A stretch of DNA of 64,000 nt, taken from the NCBI RefSeq assembly GCF_035084215.1, contig NC_090366.1:10292001-10356000 (forward strand), read 5' to 3'. This DNA comes from Heptranchias perlo (taxonomy: Eukaryota). Below the pieces are notes generated by a model. It was given only the letters and a program-made list of their open reading frames with translations. It did no database searches and was not told where the DNA came from. A program made the translations under genes and the position numbers. Below, piece by piece: positions 27,686-40,354 of the stretch. Numbering within the stretch: position 1 is the stretch's first letter; the number at the start of each line of letters is the position of its first letter.

Positions 27686-28455
27686 AAATTCAATGTTGAG
27701 ATGGTCGCTGGCAACGGCCGCATTTATTTCTCATCCCGAGCTGTCCTGATTTTGATCCAATTGAAGGACTTGCCAGGCCACTTCAGAGGGCAGTGAAGTG
27801 TCAACAACGTTGGTGTGCGACAGAAGACATGTATAGGCCCAGACTGGGTAAGGACAGAATGGTTCCTTGCCTGAAGGGCATTAGTGAACTAGTAGGGTTT
27901 TAAATGAAAGAAAGACTTGCATTTATATAGCGCCTTTTACGACATAGGAAGTCCCAATGCGCTTTACTGCTAATGAAGCACTTTTTTTTTATGTGTAGTC
28001 ACTGTGGTAATGTAGGAGACGAAGTAGCCAGTTTGCATACATCAAAGTCCCACAAACAGCAAGATGGTATTGACCACATAATCTGTTTTTTAGTGATTTT
28101 GGTTGAGGGATGAGTAATGAACCCAGGACACCAGGGAGAACTCCCCTGCTCTTCTTCGAAATTGTGGTCGTGAGATCGTTTACGTCCACCAAGAGGGCTT
28201 TGGTTTAACGTCTCATCTGAAAGACCGCACCGCTGACAATACAGCACTCCCCCAGTACTGCACTGGAGTGTCGGCCTAGATTTTGTGCTCAAGTCACTGG
28301 AGTCGGGCTTGAACCGACAAACTTCTGACTCAGAGGCAGCTTTTTATTTCCAGATTTAAAAAAAAACTGAACGCACATTCTCACACTTCCATGGTGGGAT
28401 TTAAGCTCGCTTTTTTTCTGGATTGCTAGCCCAGTGACAAAACCATTATATTACC
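27686..28455 (-). mobile_element. SINE family B copy interrupted by a nested SacSINE-like SINE (27906-28337)
   Basis: Outer halves are the reverse complement of the SINE at 49418-50205; the inner element matches 3751-4186. Confidence 0.7.
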
Positions 28456-28499
28456 TAGCGGTTTGGGAAATGAGAAAATGAGAAGAGGGTTGAGCAAAC

Positions 28500-31400
28500 T
28501 GTATGAGGCTCATCCGATCACTTCACTGTGATCTGTAAAGTAAGATATCAGTTGAGTCTTGACCCCAGCTCCATGGTAGCAGTAATACGGGCCTCTTAGC
28601 TCCTACCGGCAGAATTAGTTTGAACTGATTCTGTTTCTCAATCAAATAGCAAAGGCGACTAATGCTTAATGTGGACAGGTTTCGATTGATTTTCCCGACT
28701 GGATCCAGAATTTTGTTTCAATTGATCAATTTAAATTCACGCAGCTAAAAATATCCATTTTATTTCGAGTATTGACACTCGAATCTAAAAGCTCAAGTCA
28801 CACGCCCCAGATCTAACACTGAATCATAAACGGGGCGTTGTAGCCACTGGGATATTAATGAGTTAATTTTAAACAAATCTCATGTCCCTGAAGTGTGAAA
28901 ATAACCAGTTGAGGTCACTTCTAAAAATGTCAGTTTACCCGTGTGAAACTGTTTTTTGTCAAACACTTATGGACCTTTGACATTTCAGATACGTGTTAAG
29001 CCTCGAACCACTGAACGTGATGAACCTACATGTCTGTGCACAGCGGCTACATAACTAACCACACCATGGCATTCAAAGGGCATTGGCAGCTAAGCAGCTA
29101 AACATGTGGGAGATAAGAGGCTAAAGATTGTGCATAAGCTATTTTAGATATTCAAATCTGAAATGTTAGTTTCTATCCTGTAACTATTTGACTGATGTGC
29201 GGGGCGAGTAACTCTCTGATCGAGAGCCTTTGGCGCTAGGTTGATCTTATCATATCCAGTAACTGTGAGCCACATATAGATGTCCTTCTTATTTGAACGG
29301 GCCGAGAGTGCGAGCAGTTATGGTCACTGGCAGTGAATGAATTTCACAGCTTTGTGAGGCAACACAGTTCACAGTGATTGGTAGGTGCCCACCAGCTGAT
29401 CTCCCGCTACTCGGATTCGATTATAATTGATTTCCAAAATAATCCAGAAACTTGATTAGTCTTAAATCCGACTGAGATAATTGTTTTTAAAAATGTTTAC
29501 ACCGTTAACCGTCCATAGTGATACAGAGTGAAGTTTGTTTCTCTCATCCTGATATTTAACGAAGGTAATGTGTCCTTTTTAATCGTTTCTGCTGGAGGCG
29601 ATTTCCAACTTGTGGAAAACTAAGAAAAAAGAGTTATAGAAATAGTTCATGGTTAGTTAGTGATTCGTAAATTAACGAAGAGGACATTTAATGAATATAA
29701 TATTCGGAACTTAATTCTGATTTAATAGGATTTATTGAATACTTAATGGATGCTTTATTGGGTTCCAATGGAAATTTTAATGGAATTTAAAGAGCTTCAG
29801 TGAGGATGTCGTGAATTTTAGTAGTTGATTAAAGAGTAATTTAATAGTATTTAGCCGGAATTGTAGGGAATGTTTTAATTGGTATATTATTGGCGATCTC
29901 AATGGGTGGTTAATTTCTATTTCTTTATCAGTTGTCCATAGTTCAGGGTGGTCTGTGGCGATGCCGTGGTTGTGCAGGCAGTGAACGGTTCATGTGCAGA
30001 GATCCCGTGTACATTTGATTGTCGCGTCTACGGCTGCATTGAACGGGGTATTTGGTTAAAGAGAGATTCTCAACCTCGTACCCGAGAGGTCTGGATTATC
30101 TATCATTCCAGCATTCCATACAATTGGCAATTTAACTATAGAGGGCGAGCTGACTTTGCAAAGAAACAATGCTCCTTGCGAATAAAGTTCACCAGGCAAA
30201 TATTACTTCAGAGTGAAGGTCAAAAACGCCCAGAATACAACAGAATAATACTCTTTCAGATCGCATGTCACTCTTTGCATTTGAGGTCAGTTTTGTTTAT
30301 TCCTTTTGTACTTGCTGTTCCATCTCCTTAGTGTCATTTAACCTAAGCGTAGACTGGAAAGATGTAAACTTCTGTCATACATCACTGGCTACAGCGGCAC
30401 GGCGGGTGCATTGAATATACCCAGCTGTGTTGTTATGTTTTGACTTCAACAGTAGTATGATCACCTCTAACCACCTGGTCTCGCCACCTCCCCTAGCATT
30501 CAACGGCATTACCATCGCCGAATCCCCCACCATCAACATCCTGGGGGTCACCATTGACCAGAAACTTAATTGGACCAGCCATATAAATACTGTGACTGCA
30601 AGAGCAGGTCAGAGACTCGGTATTCTGTGGAGAGAGACTCACCTCCTGACTCCCCAAAGCCTTTCCACCATCTACAAGGCACAAGTCAAGAGTGTGATGG
30701 AATACTCTCCACTTGCCTGGATGAGTGCAGCTCCAACAACACTCAAGAAGCTCGACACCATCCAGGACAAAGCAGCCCGCTTGATTGGCACCCCATCCAC
30801 CACCCTAAACATTCACTCCCTTCACCACCGGCGCACTGTGGCTGCAGTGTGTACCATCCACAGGATGCACTGCAGCAACTCGCCAAGGCTTCTTCAACAG
30901 CACCTCCCAAACCCGCGACCTCTACCACCTGGAAGGACAAGGGCAGCAGGTACATGGGAACAACACCACCTGCACGTTCCCCTCCAAGTCACACACCATC
31001 CCGACTTGGAAATATATCGCCGTTCCTTCATCGTCGCTGGGTCAAAATCCTGGAACTCCCTTCCTAACAGCACTGTGGGAGAACCGTCACCACACGGACT
31101 GCAGGCGTTCAAGAAGGCGGCTCACCACCACCTTCTCAAGGGCAATTAGGGATGGGCAATAAATACTGGCCTCGCCAGCGACGCCCATTCGCCCCATGAA
31201 CGAATAAAATATATATATATCATAGGCTCGTAAAGATTGGCTAATTGGGAGTACCCATTGGCTGCCCGTACACGCGGAATCAGACCACCGTCATCATCTA
31301 AAGAAAGTTATTGATGTGGAACTCGCTAGGCAAGAAGAAGACTTTATAGCGCTTACAAAATACAACCCAGGTAGAGGACACATACAGATAGATATGAACT

Positions 31401-31650
31401 TCTTTTCTAAAGAGGCAGATGGACACGACATTTTGCACATTTCCCCCTAAACTTTCACACTGCACATACGCACACACGCGCATGCACACACAAACACACA
31501 CGCACGCCAGCTAGGAGCTGTTCTCATAGGGAATAGTCCGGAATTCTTGGATTTTTCCCCTCCCTGTAGGCCAATTATAAGAATGGTACCACGGCTTTAA
31601 ATGTGTACAGCTGGCTTAAAATCAACAATTAATCCACCCCATGCCTCATT
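28500..31650 (+). pseudogene. Pseudogene B: truncated duplicate of gene A (promoter, signal exon 29521-29564, V exon 29932-30285, part of intron)
   Basis: Collinear with 14480-18580 at an offset of ~14.0 kb; ATG changed to ATA; 1-nt deletion after AMPW; deletions and a TAA in the V exon; no downstream exons found. Confidence 0.88.
30455..31210 (+). mobile_element. LINE family B (CR1-like) 3' fragment
   Basis: ILGVTIDQKLNW..YKAQVKSVMEYSPLAW; tail GGGCAATTAGGGATGGGCAATAAA; near-identical to 52280-53002. Confidence 0.9.
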
Positions 31651-31659
31651 GTTTTTTCA

Positions 31660-31855
31660 CTCCCTGAAAGGGTGATAGAAGCAAATGCAGTAATATCTTT
31701 CAAAAGGGAAGTGGGTATATACTTGAAAAAGAAACAAAAATGCAGGGCTATGTGGAAAGAGCAGGGGAGTGGGACTAATTGGATAGCTCATTCACAAAGC
31801 TGGCACAGGCATGATGGCCGAATGTTCTCCTTCTGTGCTGTATGATTCCATGGAT
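31660..31855 (+). mobile_element. CR1 3' fragment at the pseudogene B breakpoint
   Basis: Matches the CR1 tail at 23280-23460. Confidence 0.7.
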
Positions 31856-32454
31856 ACACATACGAACAGGAATGTCGGAGAGGGAATTAATGACAGTATC
31901 CTGAATTTCGGCACGAAAATCAGCACTAATTTATTTGCCACCATAGTCTAACAGATTGCAATGTCCCAATTAAATTTTAAAAACACATTAATTTCCATAA
32001 AATAATTATGTTTCAAACATCAAACACAATATTTTGCATGAAAAGTAGCAAAGATTAATATTGGTAAAACTGCACCCTTTACTATAATTCAATCTAATAC
32101 ATCTTAGGCTTTGTTGCTAATAAGAGCAGACATTGTACGAGGAACTTTACATGCTTTATTCTGGTTAAAGTTTGCTTTGTATAACTGAAAATTCCTGTTC
32201 TTGGTGTCTAAAATGGTCCAGATACCAGTTGGAGCTGTTCCATCGACAGGATATAAGGAAAGCGACCAGATCACAGTACACGCCATCTAATGGACAAAGG
32301 TAGCAAGTGCATTGCATCCCGTTGGACACATTCTCCCGCCACATCAGCTTCGTTCAGCACACTCAGTAAACGTTTCGACAGTCTACGTTCGGGAAGGTGG
32401 GGTAAATCAAGAGTTTATCTTGGCATGATGCGGTCGGTCTGCATCTGTTGGACT

Positions 32455-33570
32455 CAGATGTGCCTGATGATACAGTGACAAATAGACAGGTTAAGTGAGA
32501 GACGAGAAGGTGGTCGATGGAATATAATGTGGGGAAATGTGAAATTATTCACCTTAGTTGGAAGAATAGAAAAGTAGAATATTTTTAAAAGGTGCGAGAC
32601 TAAGAAATGTTGGTAGTCAGAGGGATTTGGTTGTCTTGCATATGAATCACAGAAAGTTAACATGCAGGGACAATAGGCAATTAGGAAGGCAAATAGTATG
32701 TTAGCCTTTATTACAGGAGGGTTGGAGTATAAGAGTAAGGAGGTCTTGCTGCAATTATATATGATGTGGAGATGCCGGTGATGGACTGGGGTTGACAATT
32801 GTAAACAATTTTACAACACCAAGTTATAGTCCAGCAATTTTATTTTAAATTCACAAGCTTTCGGAGATTTTCTCCTTCCTCAGGCAAATGTTTGCCTGAG
32901 GAAGGAGAAAATCTCCGAAAGCTTGTGAATTTAAAATAAAATTGCTGGACTATAACTTGGTGTTGTAAAATTGTTTACAATTTGCAATTATATAGGGCTC
33001 TGGTGAGACCTCACCTTGAGGACTGTGTACAGTTTTGGTCACTTTACCTAAGGAAGGATACAGTTGCTTTGGAGGGGGTTCAACGAAAGTTAACTAGATT
33101 GATTCCTGGGATGAGAGGGTTGTCCTATGAGGAGAGATTGAGTAGAATGGGCCTATATTCTCTGAAATTTAGAAGAACGAGAGCTGTTCGCTTTGAAACG
33201 TATAAAGTTCTTCGAGGCCTGGATAGGGTAGATGTGGAGAGGCTTACTCCACCGGCAGCAGAGTCTAGAACTGGGGGTCATAGACTTAAGATAAGGGATC
33301 GGCGATTTAGGGCGGAGATGAAAAGAAAATCTTATCTCAGAGTGTTGTGAACCTTTGGAATTCTCTACCTCAGCGGGCTGTGGATGCTCAGTCGTTGAGT
33401 ATATTCAAAACTGAGATTGATAGATTTTTGGACTCTCTGGGAATCAAGGGATATGGGGATTGGGCGGGAAAGTGGAGTTGAGGTAGAAGATCAGTCATGA
33501 TCTTATTGAATGGCGGAGCAGGCTCGAGGGGCCACATGGCCTACTCCTGCTTCTACTTCTTATGTTCTCA
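32455..33570 (+). mobile_element. CR1 LINE 3' fragment (interrupted at 32762-32982)
   Basis: QLYRALVRPHLEDCVQFW ORF; CR1 tail. Confidence 0.9.
32762..32982. mobile_element. Young palindromic Penelope-like insertion with 12-bp TSD
   Basis: TGCAATTATATA at 32750-32761 and 32983-32994; perfect 92-bp inverted arms at 32797-32888 and 32891-32982; CTGAGGA..GAAA motif. Confidence 0.8.
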
Positions 33571-34450
33571 TCCGATAATGGGAGGTCGGCTCCATTCATT
33601 ATTTTTGCGGTGCTCCCAACGCTTACTGCACAACATAGTGTGGGGTCGCTTAGGAAGGTATTGACCAGAATGTGCCGCACCAGCAGCTAATAAAGGGCTG
33701 CTGTCTATTTGTGAAGCTCTACTTTAGTTTCAGTCGCCTCAGGCACAAAGACCCGCATTGGTCTTTGGAGGCCTAAGTGTCTCAGATACATCGGTGTAGG
33801 AATGGGGGGTGGGGTGGGTGGGGGGAGCTATCAGGTCACTTCAGGAAAAATTGCAGCCTTAATGCACACATAGTGCGCAGGCTCCATGTGCACGAGGTTC
33901 TCTCTGGCGGCAATGGCCTTCATTGCTTGAATCAGGCGCAGAGAAGCCCGATTGCACGAGGTGGTAATGGTATTCAATCCACTACGGCGCTCAGCGGCTT
34001 TAACTAATGAAATTTAGAAATGCAGTCTAAGAAAGTAATATCTTCCCTCATTCATGGGTGAGGGAATTCAACGCGCCTCGCAATATCCGGATAACGAAGG
34101 AGATAAGTCATCGATTGTTTTTTATGGCCCCAGCTGCAATTGCCCGTATTGACATCCAGAGGCGGCAAGATCAGACTCGCGGGTGATGGACCTCGCAGCA
34201 AAGGTATAAGAGGCCCGTCTGCAAAATAGCATCTTGAGGCAGGAACTGGAGCTCAGCAAGGAGTGTCAATCCGTTCAAGGTGGAAGAGGAGAATATTGGG
34301 GCAAATACCACAAACAACATCAGCGAGCGCTTCCAATGTCTTGATTGTAAAAAGGCGTTGTATCTGCTGGTGTTTATACTTAGTTCGTTTAGAGAAATAA
34401 ACTGAAAAGCGGGATTCAGACAATCTGGCCTCTCCAAGTTTTGCTCCTTT

Positions 34451-34624
34451 TCAACTATGTTTAATATCTTCATAGAGACTCGTCTCTTTGTCATGTACAT
34501 ATCCATGCCCTTGAGGATTGGTTGAAAAGTGCACAGTGTGGTAATTAATTTCTTCGATCTGCTGAGTCGAATTGGATATCAGTTCCCCGACGTCACTGTC
34601 TGGATCATTCTCACAACCTTCTCT
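34451..34624 (-). CDS. Siglec-like gene C last exon: ITIM INYHTV and distal SLYEDI
   Basis: gtgttgcag| acceptor, REGCENDPDSDV...EEINYHTVHF...ETSLYEDIKHS*; phase 0. Confidence 0.82.
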   Translation of the reverse strand, partial: REGCENDPDSDVGELISNSTQQIEEINYHTVHFSTNPQGHGYVHDKETSLYEDIKHS

Positions 34625-34626
34625 CT

Positions 34627-35790
34627 GCAACACAAAGAACACGTGGTATAGATACACAAAGAACACGTGGTGCAGATACACAAAGAACACGTGGTGCAGA
34701 TACACAAAGAACACGTGGTGCAGATACACAAAGGACACGTGGTATAGATACACAAAGGACACGTGGTACAGATACACAAAGAACACGTGGTACAGATACA
34801 CAAAGAACACGTGGTATAGATACACAAAGAACACGTGGTATAGATACACAAAGAACACGTGGTACAGATACACAAAGAACACGTGGTGCAGATACACAAA
34901 GAACACGTGGTATAGATACACAAAGGACACGTGGTGCAGATACACAAAGAACACGTGGTACAGATACACAAAGAACACGTGGTGCAGATACACAAAGAAC
35001 ACGTGGTGCAGATACACAAAGAACACGTGGTGCAGATACACAAAGAACACGTGGTACAGATACACAAAGAACACGTGGTGCAGATACACAAAGAACACGT
35101 GGTGCAGATACACAAAGAACACGTGGTACAGATGCACAAAGAACACGTGGTGCAGATGCACAAAGAACACGTGGTGCAGATACACAAAGAACACGTGGTA
35201 CAGATACACAAAGAACACGTGGTGCAGATACACAAAGAACATGTGGTATAGATACACAAAAACACGTGGTGCAGATACACAAAGAACACGTGGTACAGAT
35301 ACACAAAGAACACGTGGTACAGATGCACAAAGAACACGTGGTGCAGATGCACAAAGAACACGTGGTACAGATACACAAAGAACACGTGGTGCAGATACAC
35401 AAAGAACATGTGGTATAGATACACAAAGAACACGTGGTGCAGATACAGAAAGAACACGTGGTACAGATGCAAAAAGAACACGTGGTACAGATACACAAAG
35501 AACACGTGGTGCAGATGCACAAAGAACACGTGGTGAAGATGCACAAAGAACACGTGGTATAGATATAAAAGGACACGTGGTATAGATATAAAAGGACACG
35601 TGGTGCAGATGCACAAAGAACACGTGGCACAAATACAAAAAGAACACATGTTACAGATACAAAAAGGTACGCAATACAGACACAAGTAGTACAGATATAT
35701 AACGAACACGTGGTACAGATGCAGAAAGTACAAGTGGTGCAGCTACACAAAAAATATCTGGTCCAGATGCACAAAGAATACGAGGTACAG
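34627..35790. repeat. 24-bp minisatellite, ~48 copies (GATACACAAAGAACACGTGGTRYA)
   Basis: Direct reading; homogeneous near 34627 and decaying toward 35790. Confidence 0.97.
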
Positions 35791-36470
35791 ATATTCCAAG
35801 AAGCTGCTTTAACTTAAATACAATTAGTATTTGGAAACAAAAACTGAGGGGGGTGGGGGTAAGACTTACTCTGATCTCTCTTCCCTCTGCACTCTGTATG
35901 TTAGCGACGTGTAAATATAGTTATTGCAGCGAGTTCGAATGCAAGTGTAGTTTCTGGTTGCGACCACTAGGTGTCGCGGTCCTCTGTATTTTATCCCGTG
36001 ACACACTGTCCGCATTCAGGTCGAATTTCTAATCTGGCTTGGGCACGGTTCTCGGGTTTTCAATTGTTCGCTGGGATCCAGTGGACATTGTTCCCCCGTG
36101 CGCAGTGGATGTCAGTGTGCTGAGTGCTCACAGTTGTGCTCGGTCCTGTGCTGAGCCTGCGATGACATGGACACGCTGCTCAACCGGGAAGGGCTCACTC
36201 CGCAGTGATCATAAATGGTCTCTGCCGTTTAGCACAGGAGCATCGTGGCCATTCACAGCGCGGCCACTGTCAGCCTGGCACAGACCTGAGATTGAAGATT
36301 GGACCATCTTACAATTGCCCTCAGACCCAATCTGATCTAAACCAGCCAGGTAATTAAAATATTCCAATTAATCCATTGGGAACGTGAAAGGCACTATATA
36401 AATGCATTTCGTTGCATTCGTCTTTCACGTGGCGACAAGGGTATCGTATGAAGCTTAACTCAGCAATTAC

Positions 36471-36558
36471 CTTCTCGGGCCGCGAAAACCGTGCAATAAC
36501 GTCCGTTGTATCATCATCGTCCAATATCGTGCGTCGAGAGACTTTCTTTCGTTTGTTC
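36471..36558 (-). CDS. Gene C cytoplasmic exon 1
   Basis: ttttagcag| acceptor (NAGNAG), KNKRKKVSRRTILDDDDTTDVIARFSRPEK, |gtaatt donor; 88 nt, the same size as gene A exon 7. Confidence 0.78.
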
Positions 36559-38064
36559 CTGCTAAAAACGGAGTTGAATAAAATCACTAATTTTGACTTA
36601 AGAATAACACGCCTCTAAATTCAATGTTTACAAACTGTTCTAAAAACACCAGGGTGGGGGTGATTCCTGTGGTTACTATTTGTAGTGAAATCGAAATCTG
36701 CTCTTTGGACCGTTTATAAATTCGATGGAAAAGAGAACCATTTTACCCCTATAGTTACACTGAGGCAAAACGGGCCATAGCAAATGATCAGCCTATTTCC
36801 ACTCCTGCCTAATTTTATTTTACATTTAAGTCTATCGACTCGCAATCGCCCAATTTGACCTATTGCCCAAGACGGATTTTTACCTCCCAGCCTGCTATTG
36901 TAATGAGCAGGTAACTTATTTGAAATTAACACGACAGCCCGCAAAGGAATTTCACGCCAACATGTTAAGCGTTCCCGGGCTAACATTCACACAACGCCCT
37001 TTTCGGGCCATCTGTGGCTGTGGCTTAGTTATCATCTATAAGGCTGAGCAAGCAATCAACCAAAAGCACGGATAGCAGATGGCTCAAGGGGTTTATATCC
37101 GCGGTATGTTTCATTCTGTCATAAAGGTAGGTCTTTCTTTGTTTAATTATTCACTACAGTAGAGTTAAGTTTTAAGGGGCTACACTGCCAACGCCAAGTA
37201 AGTCAATGTAATGGAAATAAAACAGGTGAAGATTGATGGTACGTTTTTGTATTCCACGTCAACTGCCACTGCGCTCCTCCTCCGAGGATATCAACCCTAC
37301 AGTTTCTCACTGGAGTTGTAATCTCAACTTGAAGAATCAGATGGAGCCTTGTTTTCACTTCTCAAGTGAAAGATGGCACCTCTGCCAATCCAGCATTCCC
37401 TCAGTAGGGCACTGAACTGTCAGCCTAAATTATATGCTTAAATCCTGAATTGGGCTTGAATGCACAAACTGAAGAAAGAACTCAGAGGAATTGGACATGA
37501 CCGGTTTTCAATAGTTCCTTAGCATCACTGGATCTGATGTAGGATGAGTGATAGCTCGTGAGAATCAAGCAATCATGGCATTTAGCAACACAGAAGGAGC
37601 AATCGTCCCATCTTGCCTATACTGGCCCTCTGAAATAACTATTTATTTATATCCAATCCCTTGATTTTTATCCCTGCCCTTTCATATTATTCTGTTAAAT
37701 ATATATCTACTTTCTTTTTAAAGGTTATTAAAGACTCTGCTTCTACTTCCGTTTGTGGTCTGTCAGAAATTTCATATCCCAACATCACTAAGCTTTAAAA
37801 ATGTTCTACTAATCGTTCTTTAGGTGACAACCTTAATTTCATGGCTTGGAGTAAGGATTATCAAGAAAACTACTTTCGTTCAATAAATAGGTAACACATG
37901 AAGTGACAGCTGTTGAAGCTATTCGTAACTTGAGAAATTCAATCACAGATTGATTATTGTCCATTCAACCCAGAGTTTCTCCAATTGAACCTCACTAACA
38001 GGCATCGAGTCGGATAATTACGGATTAGTTAGAACAGCAACTAGAATCTTGAAATATCACTTAC

Positions 38065-38158
38065 TTCCTGAACATCCTGGTCACAAATATGGCTACAAGG
38101 ATAATGATAATCACGGCTGCTGCTCCGATTCCTAGGTTCAATTTCCAAAATGATCTTC
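38065..38158 (-). CDS. Gene C transmembrane exon
   Basis: ctttag| acceptor, GRSFWKLNLGIGAAAVIIIILVAIFVTRMFR, aa|gtaagt donor. Confidence 0.87.
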
Positions 38159-38199
38159 CTAAAGATCAGAAAACGATGTTAGTACATTTATAGATGCAA

Positions 38200-38650
38200 G
38201 ATGGAAGACTTCAGTTAAGTGGAGAGACCAGAGAAACTGGAGTTGTTCTCCTTAGAGCAGAGAAGGTTGTGGGGAGATTTGATAGAGGTGTTAAAAATCA
38301 TGAAAGGTTTTGATACAGTAAATGAGGAGAAACTGTTGCCAGTGGCAGAAGGATTGGTAACCAGAGGATACAGATTTAAGGCAATTGGCAAAAGAACCAG
38401 CGGTGAGAGGAGCGTAAAAACTTTAAGCAGCGAGTTGTTATGATCTGGAATGCACTGCCTTAAAAGATAGTGGAAGCAGATTCAATAATAACTTTCAAAA
38501 ATAAAATGGATAAAAGCTTGACATGGAAAACGTTGCAGTGCTATGGGGAAAGAGTAGGGGAGTTGGATGGTTCTTTCAAAGAGCAGGCACACGTGCGATG
38601 GGCCGAATGGCCTCATACTGTGCTGCATCAGTCTCTCATTCTATGATTCG
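38200..38650 (+). mobile_element. CR1 3' fragment
   Basis: LFSLEQRRLWGDLIEV ORF. Confidence 0.85.
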
Positions 38651-38842
38651 ATGTTACAAGAATCATCAAACCAGATCTAGCATAACATATGTAGGCGTTT
38701 CTATTGTGGGTGCAGCTTTATGTATATTTAAGAATAACCCAAAATATCACAATATATTAGTTAGTAAGTTGTACACAATCCTGTAATTTTAGATATACAA
38801 TTCCCTCGTTTTAATATTATATTCTATAGTATTCTTACATTA

Positions 38843-39145
38843 AGACAGCACCTCCCAAACCCGCGACCCCCACCACCTAGAAGGACAAGGGCAACAGGTG
38901 CATGGGACCAACACCATCTCCAAATTCCCCTCCAAGTCACACTCCATAGCGACGTGGAAATATATCGGCCATTCGTTCATCGTCACTGGGTAAAATCCTG
39001 GAACTCCCGACCTAACAGCACTGTGGGAGAACCTTCACCACATAGACTGCAATGCTTCAAAAGGAAGGCCCAACATCACCTTCTCAAAGGCAACTAGAGA
39101 TGGACAATAACTGCTGGTCTTGCCAGCGATGCCTGTATCCTGTGA
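38843..39145 (+). mobile_element. LINE family B 3' fragment (older copy)
   Basis: cagcacctcccaaacccgcgacc...ggcaactagagatggacaataa. Confidence 0.8.
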
Positions 39146-39523
39146 ATTATTTTTTTTTAAATGACAATCCTTTTTGTACTACTCATGTCATCTCAGAGCG
39201 GATTTTCTGAACGCAGGTTACAGTGGCGGAACCTCGCCTGCCGGCTGCACAGATTGGGAAATTCCGGGCGCACCTGGGAAATTCGGGGCACATGACTTTC
39301 TGCCGATTCAAGTTAGATTTCCATTCAAGTCAATGGAAACGAAAATCGGGAAAGGTCTTTAACGGCTGGCCAAGACGAGGTCGCGAGTATTACATTATCA
39401 CCCAAAGTTAAAATCACTCTCTAGGTGTGTAATCCATAATGCAAGAAGTTGGCGATTAGAAAGACGGTTCTGAAAACCTGAAAACTTTCCAGTTTTACTC
39501 ATTCAAATTCAAACAGTAATTAC

Positions 39524-39814
39524 CCGTTAAATAGAGCTGATACTTGGAGAAAGTGACACCGTGCTTGTTTGTTCCAATACAGGAGACATTATGGTCAAGT
39601 TCCAGTTCCTTGCTCAGTGTCAATGTGCTTAGCATTAGGTTGCTGTCCAATGCTGAAGAAATGACCCCAACACCTGTGCTGTTCCCCGTGACGTTGCTGC
39701 CATCCAGCCTCCATGTAACGTGCTGCATTGGTGGGTTGGCCTTCACTGTACACACACAGTTCATTCCATTTTGAGTTCTGGCGCAGTTAGGTGGTTCTAC
39801 TATCCTCGGGGGAT
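39524..39814 (-). CDS. Gene C Ig domain 6 (membrane-proximal)
   Basis: PPRIVEPPNC..CVCTVKANP..W..VSCIGTNKHG; AG/GT borders, phase 1-1. Confidence 0.9.
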
Positions 39815-40354
39815 CTATAATAAATTTCAATATAAAAATCTTACTAAAATTGAACTTACAACAGGTTGGTGGAATGCCAAAACGACAGCACGCACAAAAT
39901 GGGGCTGAGAGCAATGTGTGTGGCAAATATATCAGGAAACATATTTTATTAACTTATGAGAAGGTGACAAGCAACGTTGGGAAGGCGTTGCCTGGCCACG
40001 TGCTAGTGACAGTAAAAATAAACGAGCAGAATTTCCTCTCATCGCTGCATATTAATAGCGGGAAGTATGCATCTGGTCTCCGTGTGTTAGCAACACTGTC
40101 CAACCCCGTCGGTTTTCAGTTTGCTTTCAATAAAATAATCCATGACAGCATTCTGGGGAGTGCTTCACCTTTCATGTTGGCTACCATTGTCAATATGAAC
40201 CATAGGTCGGTAGGACACTGCCCTGGGAAGACCAGCTAGCTACACCGAGCGCCAGTAATGTATTGAACTCCATTGGAGGGAAGGTAATACAGCAGTATTA
40301 CCATTAAGTAATGTCACCCTAACCCAGCTTTCCTAACGTCTTTGATGTACTTAC

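Noticed and set aside
34451-35774. Five long ORFs (106-398 aa) of repetitive peptides
   Set aside because: Artefact of a stop-free 24-bp repeat. Only 34451-34624 looks like a real exon.
22414-38158. Activating/inhibitory paired receptors
   Set aside because: Neither TM has a central Lys/Arg for DAP12 or FcR-gamma, and both tails carry ITIMs.
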